A stretch of 64,000 bases of DNA from Octopus vulgaris. Taxonomy: Eukaryota. The stretch's first letter is position 1; every line of letters starts with the position of its first letter. Position numbers and translations under genes: made by a program. This document shows, piece after piece, positions 38,901 to 54,239 of the stretch. Location: positions 24,924,001 to 24,988,000 of the forward strand of contig OX597831.1 in NCBI GenBank assembly GCA_951406725.2. Reading direction: 5' to 3'. The notes beneath the pieces are model-generated. The model had not been told where the DNA came from, did not search any database, and saw only the letters and a program-made list of their open reading frames with translations.

Positions 38901-39331
38901 TAAACCTTTTGTTTTTATAATTGACATTTATAAGAAAATATCGAATTATATTTCATTAACCAAGCCACTGGTGAGCCATTTTTGAATTATGGTGTCAAAT
39001 GTATACGATGTTTACTATGATAAAATGAATACAGAATTGATCTTTGACGCACAGGCATAATATGTACGTATGAATATATGTGTGTGTATGAATGTATGTA
39101 TGTTTGTGTGCATGTAATTTTCTTCTCTATTTTCCCCTCTACCACAGTTTCTTTTTCTCACACACACTAAGACTAGAGTGATTGAATTGTTGACATAACT
39201 GATATTGTTTCATGATATGTTTTTCACATCTAGAGTCTAAGTATAATCTACATTTGTATCAGCCATAGGCAACATTGTTTTTTCTATCCATTTTCTGTTG
39301 TTTTGTTGTAATAATAATAATAATAATAATA

Positions 39332-39373
<42 letters not shown>

Positions 39374-39490
39374 GTTATTGATTTCGCCCTTTAATCATTG
39401 TAAATCCCCAACTGTTTCTTTTTTTTTTTGTTTGGTATTTTACTGTTGTATTATACCCAACATCTTAGACCTTTGTGACAAATAATATAA

Positions 39491-39550
<60 letters not shown>

Positions 39551-40375
39551 GTAGATGACAAGAGAGTTTGTGTCGGAATCTATGGACCACCCAATGGTGC
39601 TTCAGAGTTTACAATTTCACCTGTTTTACCTTCTCAGGTGAAATCTTGTTGAGATCAATACCATCTTTCACCTTGAAAGGTTAATAAACAAACAACGAAT
39701 CTAGCACAGAGGGCAGTTTGAGGAATTGTATACTCATCCACCACGCCCACCATTTTTTCACCTTCTCTCATTGATAAAGATAAATGAGTGACTGGAGGAG
39801 TAGAACAAGCAAAGTGGTGGCATAGTAAACAAATTTTCGGTGGAGAGGCAAAATTATTAAAATGGTGGAGGAAACTGCGAAGGAATATCAGGATTGCAGT
39901 ACCACATTGAAATCTTCAAATGTTGTATATAGCTAGTAAACTAAATTGATTGGTTAGAAGACATATTTGTGCCAGAAACATTGAGCTTTATGAGGAGGAT
40001 GACAAAGGACCAAAGTATCTGGTACAGTTGTTGTACTCAATATGACCCACCCACCACAACAGAATAGAACAGAATTGGTATCCTAAACCAACCTTGGTAA
40101 TGCTTGCCCATGAAGATCGGTTGTGCTAGTGCCATGTAAAAAGCACCCAACGATTTCCGTAAAATGGCTGGCATTAGGAATGGCATATGGCTTCAGTAAC
40201 CATGCCTAAACAGACTTTGGAACCTGGCATGGCTCCTGGCCTTACCAACTCCTATGAAACTATTCAAACCATGCCAGCACAGAAACAGGTGTTAAATGAC
40301 GGGGATGATGAAACAGAGAAAGAAAAGGGCAAGTGATTCAGCTCCTTTTTCTCATAGACTGGGATATTATCTTAA

Positions 40376-40584
40376 CCCTCTTGATACCAACCTGCCTGAA
40401 ACCACATCTGGCTCCATGGTACAAGTGTCTCATTTTCAAAAGTTCTTAATTAAAATCTTCCACCAAACCTTAGTCACAATTTATGGTTCCTAACATAAGT
40501 TATTTTACTAAATTTCTTTGTTATATTTAAAATTAATTGAAAGAAACACAGAGTATCTCTGTCAGAAATATGGTAACAAAAGGG
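40376..40584. mobile_element. TTAA MITE family 1
   Basis: Aligns with 12044-12263; the right end is followed by rearranged terminus copies. Confidence 0.78.
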
Positions 40585-40838
40585 TTACCATATTTCTAAG
40601 GTAACCCCTTTGTTACCATATCCTAGGTAACAAAAGGGTTAAACTGACACCCTAGGGTAGGTGTGAGATGCCAGATCTGACTACTTTTATTATACAAAGC
40701 ATATAGAATATTTGTGCTGGATGTGACTGGTTTATATGCTAGTAGGTTAATTTTACAAACTCATTGCTGTATAGCTTATAATGAATTACTGTTTTGGTCT
40801 TGAAGTTTAAACCTCATCTTTAAGAGACTTTTTTGCAG

Positions 40839-40885
40839 GCGAGGGTTCACTGTTCTTGATCTTGCATTTGACTGGATACTAAAAT
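40839..40885 (+). CDS. Candidate 47-nt plus-strand exon (RGFTVLDLAFDWILK)
   Basis: ctttttttgcag| ... |gtaaat; splices in frame to 41126. Confidence 0.25.
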
Positions 40886-41125
40886 GTAAATGTAGTATAT
40901 TTTATGATTCAAATAAAAGATTAACATTTATTAGTATGTATACAGTTAGACGTTTATATAACTTTAGGACAGGATTCTGTCTTTCAATCCTTAATGGTAA
41001 CATTGACTTGTTTGATTGACTTTTGTTGGTGTTTTTTGTCATTAATATTATTTGTATATCTATTGATTTTCTTATTTCCATTTTTCATTATTATTATTAT
41101 CATTTTTTTTTGTTTTGTTTTTTAG

Positions 41126-41220
41126 GTAAGTTCACAGCACGAAATTTTCAAAATGTTTCACCTGAAGCCAAACTAAGTTATATGACAAAACATTCAAAAG
41201 ATAAAAAGGACCTGGTTTAG
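41126..41220 (+). CDS. Candidate plus-strand exon ending in a stop (xKFTARNFQNVSPEAKLSYMTKHSKDKKDLV*)
   Basis: Long U-rich acceptor; TAG|gtaggt donor; a 90-nt intron-like stretch follows, ending ttttttttag at 41310. Confidence 0.33.
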
Positions 41221-41959
41221 GTAGGTTGAATTTAAATGTACATTTTAATGAAAATGATAAAAATAGGAGGTAAAAATTTATAATGTCTTTGAATATAATG
41301 TTTTTTTTAGGAGCATAACAAGCAGATATTCAAACATGATGAAATTCAAATCTACAGACAAATACTTTGATCGCTCAATCAATAAACGAATCAATGATTC
41401 AATTATTCAATCAAGATTTATTTATCTCATGCAAGCGTGATAGACAGTCAACTGCTTGAGTTTTTCCTTTTTTTTATGAAGTGATTTAGTTTCTAGTGAC
41501 AGAGTCAGAGGATTAAGTGAAAATGCTATGACCTTTTGAAGGGCCTCAGACAGTAATGGTGGTGTTGAAGGTACGATGAAACAACTCAGTAGATTTACTG
41601 TCTTAACTGGCAGGATTTTACACATTTTTTTAACAATCCAGTTCCACACCAAAGGCTTTATTCAGCACAACAGTACAAGTAAAGATACTTGCTCAAGATG
41701 CTGTAGGTAGTGAGATTGAATCCAAAATTGCATGAGTGTAGAGCAAACATCTAACCAAACAACTTTGCCATTGTCCATATGTAGCCATCAATAATAGTTT
41801 AGATCAATTATCTTTAGGACAGTGTGTTTCTAATCTATCCCTATCAAATTATGATAGTTCAGATGAGTATAGAGATCAATAAAACACTCCTCATATGTGC
41901 AGTAACTGCAACAAATTTGATGCTGAGTAGCTGGATAGAATTTTGAAAGAGTCACCTAT

Positions 41960-42418
41960 TCTCTTTTACTCTTTTACACAGTCATTTGACTGCGGCTATG
42001 CTGGAGCACCACCTTTAGTCATGCAAATCAACCCTAGGACTTATTCTTTGTAAGCTTAGTGCTTATTCTATCAGTCTCTTTTGCCGAACCACTAAGTTAC
42101 AGGGACGTAAACACACCAGCATCGGTTGTCAAGCGATGTTGAGGGGACAAATACACACACACAAACATATACCCACACACACACATATATATGTATATAT
42201 ATATATTTACATATATATATATATACATATATATGTATATATATATATTTACATATATACGATGGGCTTCTTTCAGTTTCCGTCTACCAAATCCACTCAG
42301 AAGGCTTTGGTTGGCCCAAGGCTATAGTAGAAGACACTTGCCCAAGGTGCCACGCAGTGGGAAGGAACCCAGAATCATGTGGTTGGTAAGCAAGCTACTT
42401 ACCACACAGCCACTCCTA
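41960..42418 (-). mobile_element. SINE family B
   Basis: End-to-end match to the consensus (reverse complement). Confidence 0.88.
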
Positions 42419-43584
42419 CTCCTATATATTCTATTCATGTGTTCTACAATATGCAGGTGGTTTGATACACTATAAAATAAATTTTGGTAGGGCAACAAAC
42501 CACTGGCTTAGTTTTTGCACACACAAACACACACACACAAACACACACACACAAACACACACACACATACGTTGGTATGAAGTAGGTGACCAGTCAAAAG
42601 TTACCCTAAATCAAAAAGAGAAAGAACATACATGCATGCAAGCATATATATGGCTGACTGTATACAAATTAACATACATATGTCAGTGTATGTAAAATAA
42701 GTACATATGAATATATGTGAGAGTATATATATATATATGATATATATATATATATATATATATATAAGGGTATGGGACTCGCGGTCTTAGGATCACAGTT
42801 TCAATTCCCAGATCGGGCATTGTGAGTGTTTATTGAGTGAAAACGCCAAAAGCTCCACGAGGCTCTGCATGTGTTTGTGTGTGTAGCTTTATACATATCC
42901 TTAAATATTCATGCTCATAATTTACACAAATGTAACATCGAATCCATGCATGAGCCTACACAATTACACATGCTCACATGCACGTGCACACACACACGTT
43001 TAAGTGATAAAAAGTAGCAGTTGAAAAATTACTTTGAAAATCTCACTGGTCGCTTTTATTTCTTGCCTTTATGTTTGGGGTTACAATATCTCATACCTCT
43101 AGTTGGTCTTTATTTTTTAAAAAATCTACCTCAAACAGAGTGAATGTGGGATTTTAGTCAATATTCTAGATTATATATATTAAAATGACAAATTTTTTTT
43201 TTTTTTTAAATGGTACTTATGTTAGTCATTTTATTACATTTTATGTCATTTAACTTTTTGCTTTAATCTCTGATTTAAACTAAAGTTTAAAAAATCTGAA
43301 TTTCTATTTTTTTTTTTTGCTATTTCTTTTTGTATCAATATTTTTTATACTAAATCGTGGATCTGGAAAAAATATTTTTTTCAAGATATGATTCTGTTTA
43401 AGATATATATATCTATGTATGTATGTATGTATGTACATGCATGCCTGGTTATATATATATATATATACATACATAATACATTCATATATTTGAATGTGTG
43501 TGAGTGTATATACACATATATATATAATGAGAGAGAGAGAGAGACTTATACATACATATATATATATGTATATGTGTATATATA

Positions 43585-43631
<47 letters not shown>

Positions 43632-44404
43632 TGAAATGCTTTGTCTTTTTGCAAGGAACTAATTCTCGGAACATAAGATAAAAATATATTTATAAAAATC
43701 TGATACTGAAGCAATCTTTGAAAATACGATCATCATAATATATCTGTATTTCCAAGACTTGTTCTTTTTTACATTTTATATTCTTCAATTTTTTTCCAAA
43801 ATCATTTTTATATTCTTCATTGTAACATTTATATTTTGGTTATGTTCTTTGATTTTATGAACCTCGCACGCACACACACACACACACATACACACATTTT
43901 ATTCTTTTTCGTAATCCAGTGAGTGGGTGAGAGGCAGTACCTATGATTTCTAAAGCTTTTCCTCCTAAACTGGTTAAACTGATGCAAAAAGTTTTGGACC
44001 TTAATAAGTCGTTAGTTTTACAAAACCTGAGAATAAGAGAACTTGGAACTAGGAAGAAGATTTGAGAACTATCAGATTATCAGATTACGAAGAGGAAAAC
44101 TGCAGTATATCTCTGATAAAGATAGTTTTAATATCAATAAAGGTAGAATTTCTAGGAATGGTATCTTGTGGTCTAAATCAGTGGTTCTCAGCTGTTTATT
44201 CTTTTACCTTTTACTTTTGACAGTCATCAGACTGCGACCATACTGGGACACCACCCTGAAGAATTTTCGGTCAAACAAATTGGCTCCAGTACTTTTGTTA
44301 AACCTGGTACTTATTCTGTCAGTCCCTTTTGCTAAACCGCTGAGTTATGGAGACATACACACTCCAATACCAGCTGTCAAGTGGTGGTAGGGATAAATGC
44401 AAAC

Positions 44405-44435
<31 letters not shown>

Positions 44436-45318
44436 GACAGGCTTTTTTCATATTCCATCTACCAAATCCACTTACAAGGCTTTGGCTGGACGCTTGTCCA
44501 CTTCTTACCATACGGCCTCGCATGTACCTTATTTATTTATTAGGGATTCCATTAGGAAAATGATGCCTATAAACTTGATACCTTTTAAATTTATGTGAAA
44601 ACACTTACTTAGCAGGTAAAAGCAATCACAAGATACACCAACAGTCATTGTACTGCATCAACAGATTTTATCAAAATTCAAGCTGTAATTCTATTTCAAA
44701 AATTTTCAATGCGGTGTCCCAGCATGACCACAGCTCGTGTGCTGAAACTAGATGAAAAAAAGAAAATTTTCTCCAAATACTCTAGTTTCTAATGGAACTG
44801 AGAAATTTATTCTGAGAAGGTACTGCTGGCCTTGAAGAGTTAAAACAAAGACACTCAGTTCTATAAATTTAGTTCCGTCAAAGGGCCTCTTCTAGACCTT
44901 CTTTGGAGAAATACACACACACACACACACAGAAATTGTAATGGGATTTGCATTTAATTTCTAGTCTCACTGGTTTCATGCTGGTCGATTAGCCTACAGG
45001 CTAACTGGCAAAGAAGATTTGGCTTCTCTCTGAAGCTAGTTGTGTAGTGACTTAGAGACTCAATTAGCTCGTTGCAGATAATGTCTTTAGACACTATGAT
45101 AGCCCAACACACACACACACAACTATTCAACAGCCTACCTCATATAACTTGTTATATGAGTGTGTATAGTCAAGACTCTCTGATTACAGAGTTTACATTG
45201 CTTTAACTTTTTATGAATTTACTTCAAATGATGAAACCTTTGACAAGTATCTTCTTCCACAGCCTTGGGTTCACCAAAACCTTATGAGTGAAAATATGGT
45301 TGACAGAAACTGTAAAGA

Positions 45319-45543
45319 TGGCAAGCTGGCAAAAACGTTAGCACACCGGGTGAAATGCTTAGTGGTATTTCATCTGCTGTTACATTCTGAGTTCAAATTC
45401 TGCCAAGGTAGACTTTGCATTTCATCCTTTCAGGGTCGATAAATTAAGTACCAGTTATGCACTGGGGCTGATGTAATAGATTTAATACCTTTGTCCTGGT
45501 TTGTCCCCTCTATGTTTAGCCCCTTGTGGGCACTAAAGAAATA
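45319..45543 (+). mobile_element. SINE family A
   Basis: 14-bp TSD agaaactgtaaaga (45305-45318 / 45544-45557). Confidence 0.9.
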
Positions 45544-46378
45544 AGAAACTGTAAAGAAGCTTTCTGTATACATACATGCATTCACACACAAACAAACACA
45601 TGCACACACATACATTACTATTACTATACACCAAATGTTTATTAAAACTATGCTTGTAAATATTTTCACCAATTTAATATATCATAATTATCATCATCCT
45701 CATCTTCAGCAGCAGCAGCAGCAGTAGCAGCCCATTTTTTATGCCTGCTTTTCATTCTGGTATGGGTTTAGCTTTCACAGAAAATACTTTGTATCAGTAA
45801 ATTACCAGTAGAAATAAAAATACCGGTAAATCAGGAAATCCAATGAGAAGAGCAGCCATTTATTACGAAAATATCATACACATGAATGCAAGGAAGAAAG
45901 AAGAAAAATAAACATGACAAGAAAATCAAAAGCCCCTTAGCAATGGCAGAAAACATTTTACACAAAGCATGTTAGCAGTATAGTTGAACATAAAGCAGGA
46001 AATCAGACAAGAAGAACAGTCATTTATGGTGAAAATATTACAGCATACATATATACAGTTGTAAAACATTACCAAAGAAAACATAACTAGCCTTGCAATA
46101 GCAGAAAGCATTTTATTCTAACATTTTGTCTTTATATTCCATTAGCATTTTCTCTGCCTTGCATGTTTTGTATGCATTGATAAACCCTGCCTTTTCCTGA
46201 ATTGGTTAACCACCTTCCTGGTCCTACAAACCCTGAGCCCTTTGTTCTTCTGTAGCTAATCTTGAGAATAAAATCCTTCTACTGCTTACATCACGTTTGT
46301 GTTTCCCTTGTTATGGCAATGCCTAGTCCCCTAAGATACCCATACTGTGTTAAACGCAGAATACACAAAGTGAGAATG

Positions 46379-46670
46379 TTGTTTTTTGTTTGTTCCTTCT
46401 CGAGCCATGCCTGGCTCATAAGGGCCAGTTTCCCGGTTTCCTTGGTGTATAGGCTCCCCACCTGGATGCAGGTGAGCTGCAAGATGCAGGAAGAAAGAGT
46501 GAGAGAAAGTAATGGTGAAAGAGACAGCAGAAGTTCGCCATTACCTTCTGCCGGAGCTGCGTGGAGCTTAGGTGTTTCACTCATGAACACACACATTGTC
46601 CGATCTGAGATTTGAACCCACGATCCCTCGATCATGAGTTCGCTGCTCTAACCACTAGGCCATGTGCCTC
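46379..46670 (-). mobile_element. SINE family C variant
   Basis: tRNA-like head in reverse; 15-bp TSD cacaaagtgagaatg (46364-46378 / 46671-46685). Confidence 0.88.
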
Positions 46671-47142
46671 CACAAAGTGAGAATGGATCATGAGCATCAC
46701 TAAAAGTTTTCAGTGCACAGTAAAAGACAACAGTGAAGTTATTAAACCAAGCAGCACCAAGGATAATTATATGTACTCACAATTATCACCTTTAATTTCA
46801 AGATTATTGTTGTTTTAAGAAATCAAAAGATATTTCAATGTAAAAATAATTTGATATGACAGGGAAGAAATAAACATGATTGCAATATGTATAATGAACT
46901 TAGAAACAATTGCTGCTTGAATATTAGGAATTTGTAGTTGAACAAAGTTACTTATTTCAGAACATCCTGCTTTAATGATAATTCAGTTTTTTTTTTGTTC
47001 TTTTATTTTAACTAAATTATTAGAATGATTCTTGAGCAAACGATGTTACAATATCAAGGAAACGGTCCATGTTGAAATATTAGTTGTCTATGATAACTAG
47101 GTAAACATTAAAAAGGATACAGGATAAAGACCTTTTCCAAGT

Positions 47143-47524
47143 CGCAGGAGTGGCTGTGTGGTAAGTAGCTTGCTTACCAACGACACGGTTCCGGGCTCAG
47201 TCTCACTGAGTGGCACCTTGGGCAAGTGTCTTGTACTATAGCCTCGGGCCAACCAAAGCCTTGTGAGTGGATTTGGTAGACGGAAACTGAAAGAAACCTG
47301 TCGTATATATGTATATATATATGTGTGTATGTTCTCTCCCTGCCCAAAATCACTTGACAACCGATGTTGGTGTGTTTATGTCCCCGTAACTTAGTGGTTC
47401 GGCAAAAGAGACTGATAGAATAAGTACTAGGCTTACAAAGAATAAGACTTGGGGTCGATTTGCTCGACTAAAGACGGTACTCCAGCATGGCCACAGTCAA
47501 ATGACTGAAACAAGTAAAAGAGTA
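47143..47524 (+). mobile_element. SINE family B
   Basis: Full head-to-tail match. Confidence 0.9.
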
Positions 47525-48722
47525 AGTCATATAGACTTCAAGGATCTGATATCGTGGCTTCTGTTGCACAGATATTTCCCCCTGGGTGGGATGTCACTCC
47601 ATTGCAGGATTTCTAACTTTTGCCAGATGAGTGGACAAAAACAATGGAAAATGACAAGATGATCACAGCTTCAATGTTCTTCATCTCAGTATCTGTTGAA
47701 TCAGGGCTGACCTGGGGCTAAACAACAATAAGATCATAAGAACATTAATAACTGACATGTGACATTGCCCTTATAGCCGTAGAAGTTGTTTCAGTGTAGC
47801 AATTCATCTTGCTAGAAATAGCAACCAAATCTCCTTCAGATCAAGCCTATTGTGTCTTTGCAATATAACACTTCAGATAAAATAGTTCTAAATACATAGT
47901 GTCTAGAACGAAATATAAAAGATAAAGATGAGGTGGTTACGGTTGGATGTCTTTGAGGAGATGTCCGCTGGATTAGAGCTGCCTGACCTGATGCTTTGCT
48001 ACAATAACATCAACAAAAAAAGAACAATAGATCAAAAGAATTAATGTCCACAATATGTGAAATTTGGTTCCATCAGTGTGTAATTTGTGAAATGACATGC
48101 TGCAGAGCAAATAATTGTGGGTAATTTTTCCTTGGCATCACAACGGCAGTGTTAAGAAGAAACAATCAGGTCTGTGTTACTAATGCTTCCCAGGGGACAT
48201 ATTCCTGTAGATCTAATAATGTAGAGATTGGTTGCTGAATTTGCGATAATGGTTTGTCTTCAAACAACATGTGTAAATGTAGCTGGCCACTAGAGACACA
48301 TTGGGACTTCATCTTCATCGTCATCATCATCATCACCACCACCACCACCACCACCACCACCAATATCATCCCTGTAATGATCATCAATATCATCAGTTAT
48401 TATATTCATCATCATGAGAGCAACCAGCCTATATAAAGTTTGTGATGATGATGATGATGATGAGGAGGAGGATCCTGATCATGGTCACCCTCCACCCCAG
48501 CATTCTCATCATCGTCATCATCATTACTGTCGTGTTATCATCACCATCATTCTAATCATCGTCTTTGTTTTTACAACCGCCCATATCCAAGTTACAATCA
48601 TTACTATTACCGTTCCTGTCATGGACATCATTAATTTCATATTCCCCTCTACCTAACACTACTCTTCATAATCTGTAGCCATGTACCTATGTTAGAAATT
48701 ATCATTAATTTTAATATTAGTA

Positions 48723-48847
<125 letters not shown>

Positions 48848-49302
48848 TAAAGGTGGTAAGCTGGCAGAATCGTTAGCATACTGGGCAAAATGCTTAGTGG
48901 TATTTTGCACGTTTTTACGTTCTGAGTTCAAATTCTGCTGTGATCAGTTTTACTTTTCATCCTTTTAGGATCGATAAAATAAATACCACTTGAGCATTGG
49001 AGTCGATGTCATTGACTTTACCCCTCTCCCAAAATTACTGGACGGGCACCAAAATTTGAACCATTATTATTACTATTATTATTAAGGTGGAGACTCATGC
49101 ACACACATACATAGCAGGCTTCTTTCACTTTTCATCTACCAAATCTACTCACAAAACTTTGTTTGGCCCAGGGCTATAATAACAGATACTTGTCCAAGGA
49201 GCCATGTAGGGGAACTGAACTCAGAACCATGTGGTAGGGAAGAAATCTCTTACTACACAGCCACACATGTATACAGTAGCACCATCATTATCATCTTCAT
49301 CC

Positions 49303-49573
49303 TCGTGGCCGATGCCAGTGCCGCCTTGACTGGCTTCCATGCTGGTGGCACGTAAAAAGCACCAACCGATCGTGGCCATGGCCAGCCCTGCCTGGCACAT
49401 AAAAAGCACCCACTACATTCACAGAGTGGTTGGCGTTAGGAAGGGCATCCAGCTGTAGAAACACTGCCAGATCAGACTGGAGCCTGGTACAGCCCCTTGG
49501 CTCTCCAGACCCCAGTCGAACTGTCCAACCCATGCTAGCATGGAAAACGGACATTAAACGATGATGATGATGA
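49303..49573 (+). mobile_element. Family D element
   Basis: Matches 28380-28602; (GAT)n tail. Confidence 0.82.
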
Positions 49574-50658
49574 TCCTTTAATGTGTTTTCCATGCTGGCA
49601 TGGGTTGGACACCTAAATAAAAGATGGGATGATCATAGTTGCAACAGCTTTAGCAACAGTACGAGATTAGAACTGGCCCATGGTTAAACAACAACCACAA
49701 TACCTCAGACATAAAGTACATCATTACAAAATCACTTCTGTTGATTCTGACAAATTAGTAAAAGAATTTATTGCAAATCATGAAACTGAGATTACGTTTT
49801 GGCTATGATACTCTCCAGAAATGACCACCATCTCTCCACTTAAAAATTTATGGTAGCTCCAATCTGAACTCAAGAAATTGTATAACCAGCAAAAAGTATT
49901 TATTTTATTTGTGGCTGTTCAGGAATAATGGCACAAATTAGAGTTAGGATTTATTGAGAAAGCTGCTAGCAGTATGATTAAGCGGATTAAAGAGAGAAAA
50001 ATACAAATCTACAAGAAAAATCATGCCACAGGCATCGATTATTTCATTTTGGTTAGGCATAAACTTAAATTCTATCATGGTTTCTTTTTTAATCTGAAAA
50101 CAATGAATGATATTTAATTTCACTAAAAATTCAACGTTTGTTTGCAGAAAGAAAAAAATAATGATAATTAACGAAGAAATATTTGTAAGTGTTCCATATT
50201 TTATGGATCAGCAATGTATTTGCATGTATCTATGTATATGTGTGTGTGTGTATATGTGCATAAAAGTACATTGGATTTACAAATTGAAGAATAATAGGAT
50301 TCGATAAACCCTTAAGTGCCTGCACACACATAAACGCATATGCATATAATCTGGTTTTTTTGTATATATTTGCCTCAAGGCAAATAAGTGCAGACAGGCA
50401 AAACCGAACTCAAAATGTGAATATTCATTTAATCTTTTTCTTGTTTCAGTCATTTGACTGCAGCCATGCTGGAGCACTGCGTTAAAAGGTTTTAAAGAAA
50501 TCGACCTCAGGACTTATTCTGCATAAGCCTAGTACTTACTCTATTAGTCTCTTTTGGCAAACTGCTAGGTTTCAGAGACATAAACTCACCAACATTGGTT
50601 GTCAAGCGATGGCAGGGAGCAAACACAGACACACACACACACATACATAAATATATAA

Positions 50659-50702
<44 letters not shown>

Positions 50703-51650
50703 TATATATAGGAAATAAGAGGTAATGGTGTCATAGAGACCCAAAGGTGTCAGGTAATGCTGAATAAGTGCTATAGACAGACCATGGAAACAGCTGTAAG
50801 ACCTTCTATCTGTAAATGTTCTAATATATACACAGCCTTGGTTTTTTTATCTCATTATGCAAAAAATTCTTATATATATATGTATAAACAACAGGCTTCT
50901 TTCAGTTTCCATCTACCAAATCCACTCACAAGGCTTTGGTCAACTCAAGCTATAACAGAAGACACTTGCCCAAGGTGCCATACAGTGGGACTGAACCTGG
51001 AACTATGTGGTTTGGAAGCATGTTTAAGCAACTGAGCTGGCTCTTGACTCACTCTGTTGCTTCTGCTAAATATTAATAAAATCAATATATGCCTCTACAT
51101 ATATTTATTTATAAGCAAACTTTAGCTTAGTTGAAATATGCTTTAGACATATTTCAACTTCTAAAGACAAATTCAAAGCAGTTACTGTGGAGCAAACATT
51201 CTCTCTTATGGTAAAAAGGTGTAAAAATACCATATCTGTCCAGTGCTGCCCTCTGTTTGATTCCCAGATGCATTTCTAGTTTTAAACTATTTTGAAGTTG
51301 TCTTGGGGTCTCAAGTGTCATGTTTTTTTTCAGTTCATGTACACTTTCCATGCAAGCATGGGTTAAACAGATTGTCACAGTCCAATTCCTTCCTTATTGG
51401 GAGCAGCTGTTCTCACTGACTGGTACATATTACACATTTTGGTTGATTTCTACAGCTGGATGCACTTCCCATCACCAACCACTTTACAGAATGTTTTAAG
51501 TGCATTTTCTCATGGCACCTACACTAGAGAAGTCGATAGGTCCTCAGCAATGCAAGATCAAAAGAACCTCACATTTCTACATTTTCTCCACTCATTTACA
51601 ATACACTTTATAGTGTGCAGTGGGTATATTTTTCATGGCAGCAGCCCTAA

Positions 51651-51870
51651 CCCTTTAGCATTTAAACTGGCCATATCTGGCCCAAATGTTCTACCTGTTT
51701 TATGCTAAAACTGACCAAATCAGGCCTCTCACACCTGCACAGCAATGTCATTCTAAAAATAAACAATCATATCTTCAAAATATCAAAGCTACAAGATAAT
51801 ACAGAATGAATTTTATAAAATGTGAATAAATAGGTATTACATTTGACAGAGTAATCTGAATACCAAAGGG
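51651..51870. mobile_element. TTAA MITE family 2
   Basis: cccttt...aaaggg|TTAA; homologous to 7186-7400. Confidence 0.8.
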
Positions 51871-51920
51871 TTAAGGAAGTTGTCAAATCTTTGGTGAGAC
51901 TGAAGATATTCTCATTACTA

Positions 51921-52495
51921 TTGGGTTGTCCGTAAGGTTCAAGCCAATTTTTAAAGGAAAGAAAAAGGTCAATAAATACTTGCCATTTTCCAAGCTTTAC
52001 CAGGTGCTCATGAACGATGGATTTTGATAGGTTGAGGCTTTCTGCCAATTCTCGGGTTGTACAATGTGAGTTGTTCTCAATTAATGACTTTATTTGGTCA
52101 TCATCTGTAGTGAATGGTCTGCCTGATCACTCTTTATCAATAAGGCTGCAATCTCCAGCTCAGAACCTTGCGAATCACTTCCGTACAGTTTCATTCGGAT
52201 AAAGAAACATCACCGTAAACTGCGTATAGTTCTTTGATTGCTTGTGAGGCATTTTTTCCTTTACAGAAAAAGAAAAGCATCAAGTGCTGAAAATGAACTT
52301 TCACATATTCCATTTTAAAGGGTTACAGAATTAACACAGGTTGTAGGAACATAAACCGTCTTCCATGAAAAGACAGCTTAAACTGTGCTCTAAATGGAGG
52401 TGTAGTCAAATCCTATATTGTGGACTCAAACATATTTTAAAATAAGTCGAAAGGTAAGCTACTATAAATTGGCATGAACTTTCCAGGCAACCCAA
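51921..52495 (-). mobile_element. Internally deleted mariner element (copy B, keeps transposase N-terminal HTH region)
   Basis: Same TIRs as copy A, TA flanks. Minus strand reads MEYVKVHFQHLMLFFFCKGKNASQAIKELYAVYGD...SGRP...TRELAESLNLSKSIVHEHLVKLG, with stops and a frameshift. Confidence 0.92.
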
Positions 52496-52663
52496 TACTT
52501 TCAACAAGATGCTAGCATGGAAAACGGACGCTAAACGATGATGTTGATGATGATGATGATGATGATGATTATACATGAAACTCAAGGCCCCTGAGTAATT
52601 TCTAAATCAACTTTGGAGTTAAAATATATATATATTCGTATTCCTGTTCATATATGTGTGTAT

Positions 52664-52708
<45 letters not shown>

Positions 52709-52906
52709 AATTCATTCATATGCATCTATTCAGAAAGAGAGAGGACTAGAGAGGAAGAGAGACAAGGAGAAAATTCCCTAGCTCTTTATTTGTAATGTAA
52801 GTTTATGAATGTTTGTGTACACTCATACACACACACATACATACACATACATACACATATATATATATATATGTGTACATATATATATATACATATATAC
52901 ACACAC

Positions 52907-52971
<65 letters not shown>

Positions 52972-53376
52972 GAGTGAGAGAGAGAGAGAGAGAGGTGAGA
53001 AATTGTTGAGATACATCATATAGCAAGAAAGAGAAGCTGAGGTACATTCAATAGATTCAAATAGTTGAATGGTAACTCAATAATATTAGATCAACCTACA
53101 TCATACTAATGTACAGATGATATCAACTTTCAAACTTGATACTATAACTATTTCACTTAACATTTACAAGCATTATATTTGCATTCGGTTTCCATTTGAT
53201 ACTAGTTTGTATTTACTTGATTCGCTGTAACTTTCTTCAGTTCTACTCCTGCTGTAGCTACGTATGTGTAGCTGCAATTGTACGCTTGTGTGTGTGCATG
53301 CGCACGTGTTGCGTATGTACGAGAGACAGAGAGTGTATATATCTACAATCATATATGCATATGTATGTGTGTGTAT

Positions 53377-53428
<52 letters not shown>

Positions 53429-54207
53429 ACACACATATATACATGCAAATATTTATATATATATATGTATATATATATATATCTCTCTCTCTCTATATAT
53501 ATATATAGATATAGATATATTCATATATGTGTATATATATATATAAATATATATATATATATGTATGTATATATATAGAGAGATAAATATATGTATATTT
53601 ATATATATATGTGTGTGTTGGTGTGTGTGTATAGATATATAGATGGATATGCATATATAGATAAATATATATGTATATGTGTGTGTGTGTGTGTGTGTTT
53701 CGATATAAGCTTATAACAGAGATTGAAGAATAGAACACAATACTTTGTAACACTCTTCATTCAAGACACATGTTCCAAGGTAGCCAAATATAAATAGATC
53801 TATTACTTGTAGCTTCCAGACAGAGTTTATCAATAATTAACAGATACATATATCTGTTAGTTATTGGTAATATTTGTCTGGGAGCTACAGATCATAGATC
53901 TATTTGTATCTAGCTGCCTTGTTTTTATATGTGTCTTATATACATAAGTGGTATAATGGTGTGTGTATGCGCGTTGTGTAATATTCCAGTGTATGGTGAG
54001 ATATATTTCGTTGTGTGTTGTGTGTTGTGTGTGTTGTATTCTGTACAGCATTGTATAATGTGTCGCTATAACGTCAATGGAATCAAGTTGGTGTTTACGA
54101 GAGTCTTCATGGTTATATATTCATGTCCTAAGTTTTCCAAACTATTAAAGTAATAATCATTGTTTCCACACTTAATACTGTTACTTGATTTAACTTCATA
54201 CATGTCA

Positions 54208-54239
<32 letters not shown>

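Noticed and set aside
43941-44026. 86-nt minus-strand exon candidate (FCKTNDLLRSK...)
   Set aside because: It ends in phase 1, which leads to a stop in the 121-nt exon. The plus strand (FPPKLVKLMQ) may be a decayed LINE RT fragment.
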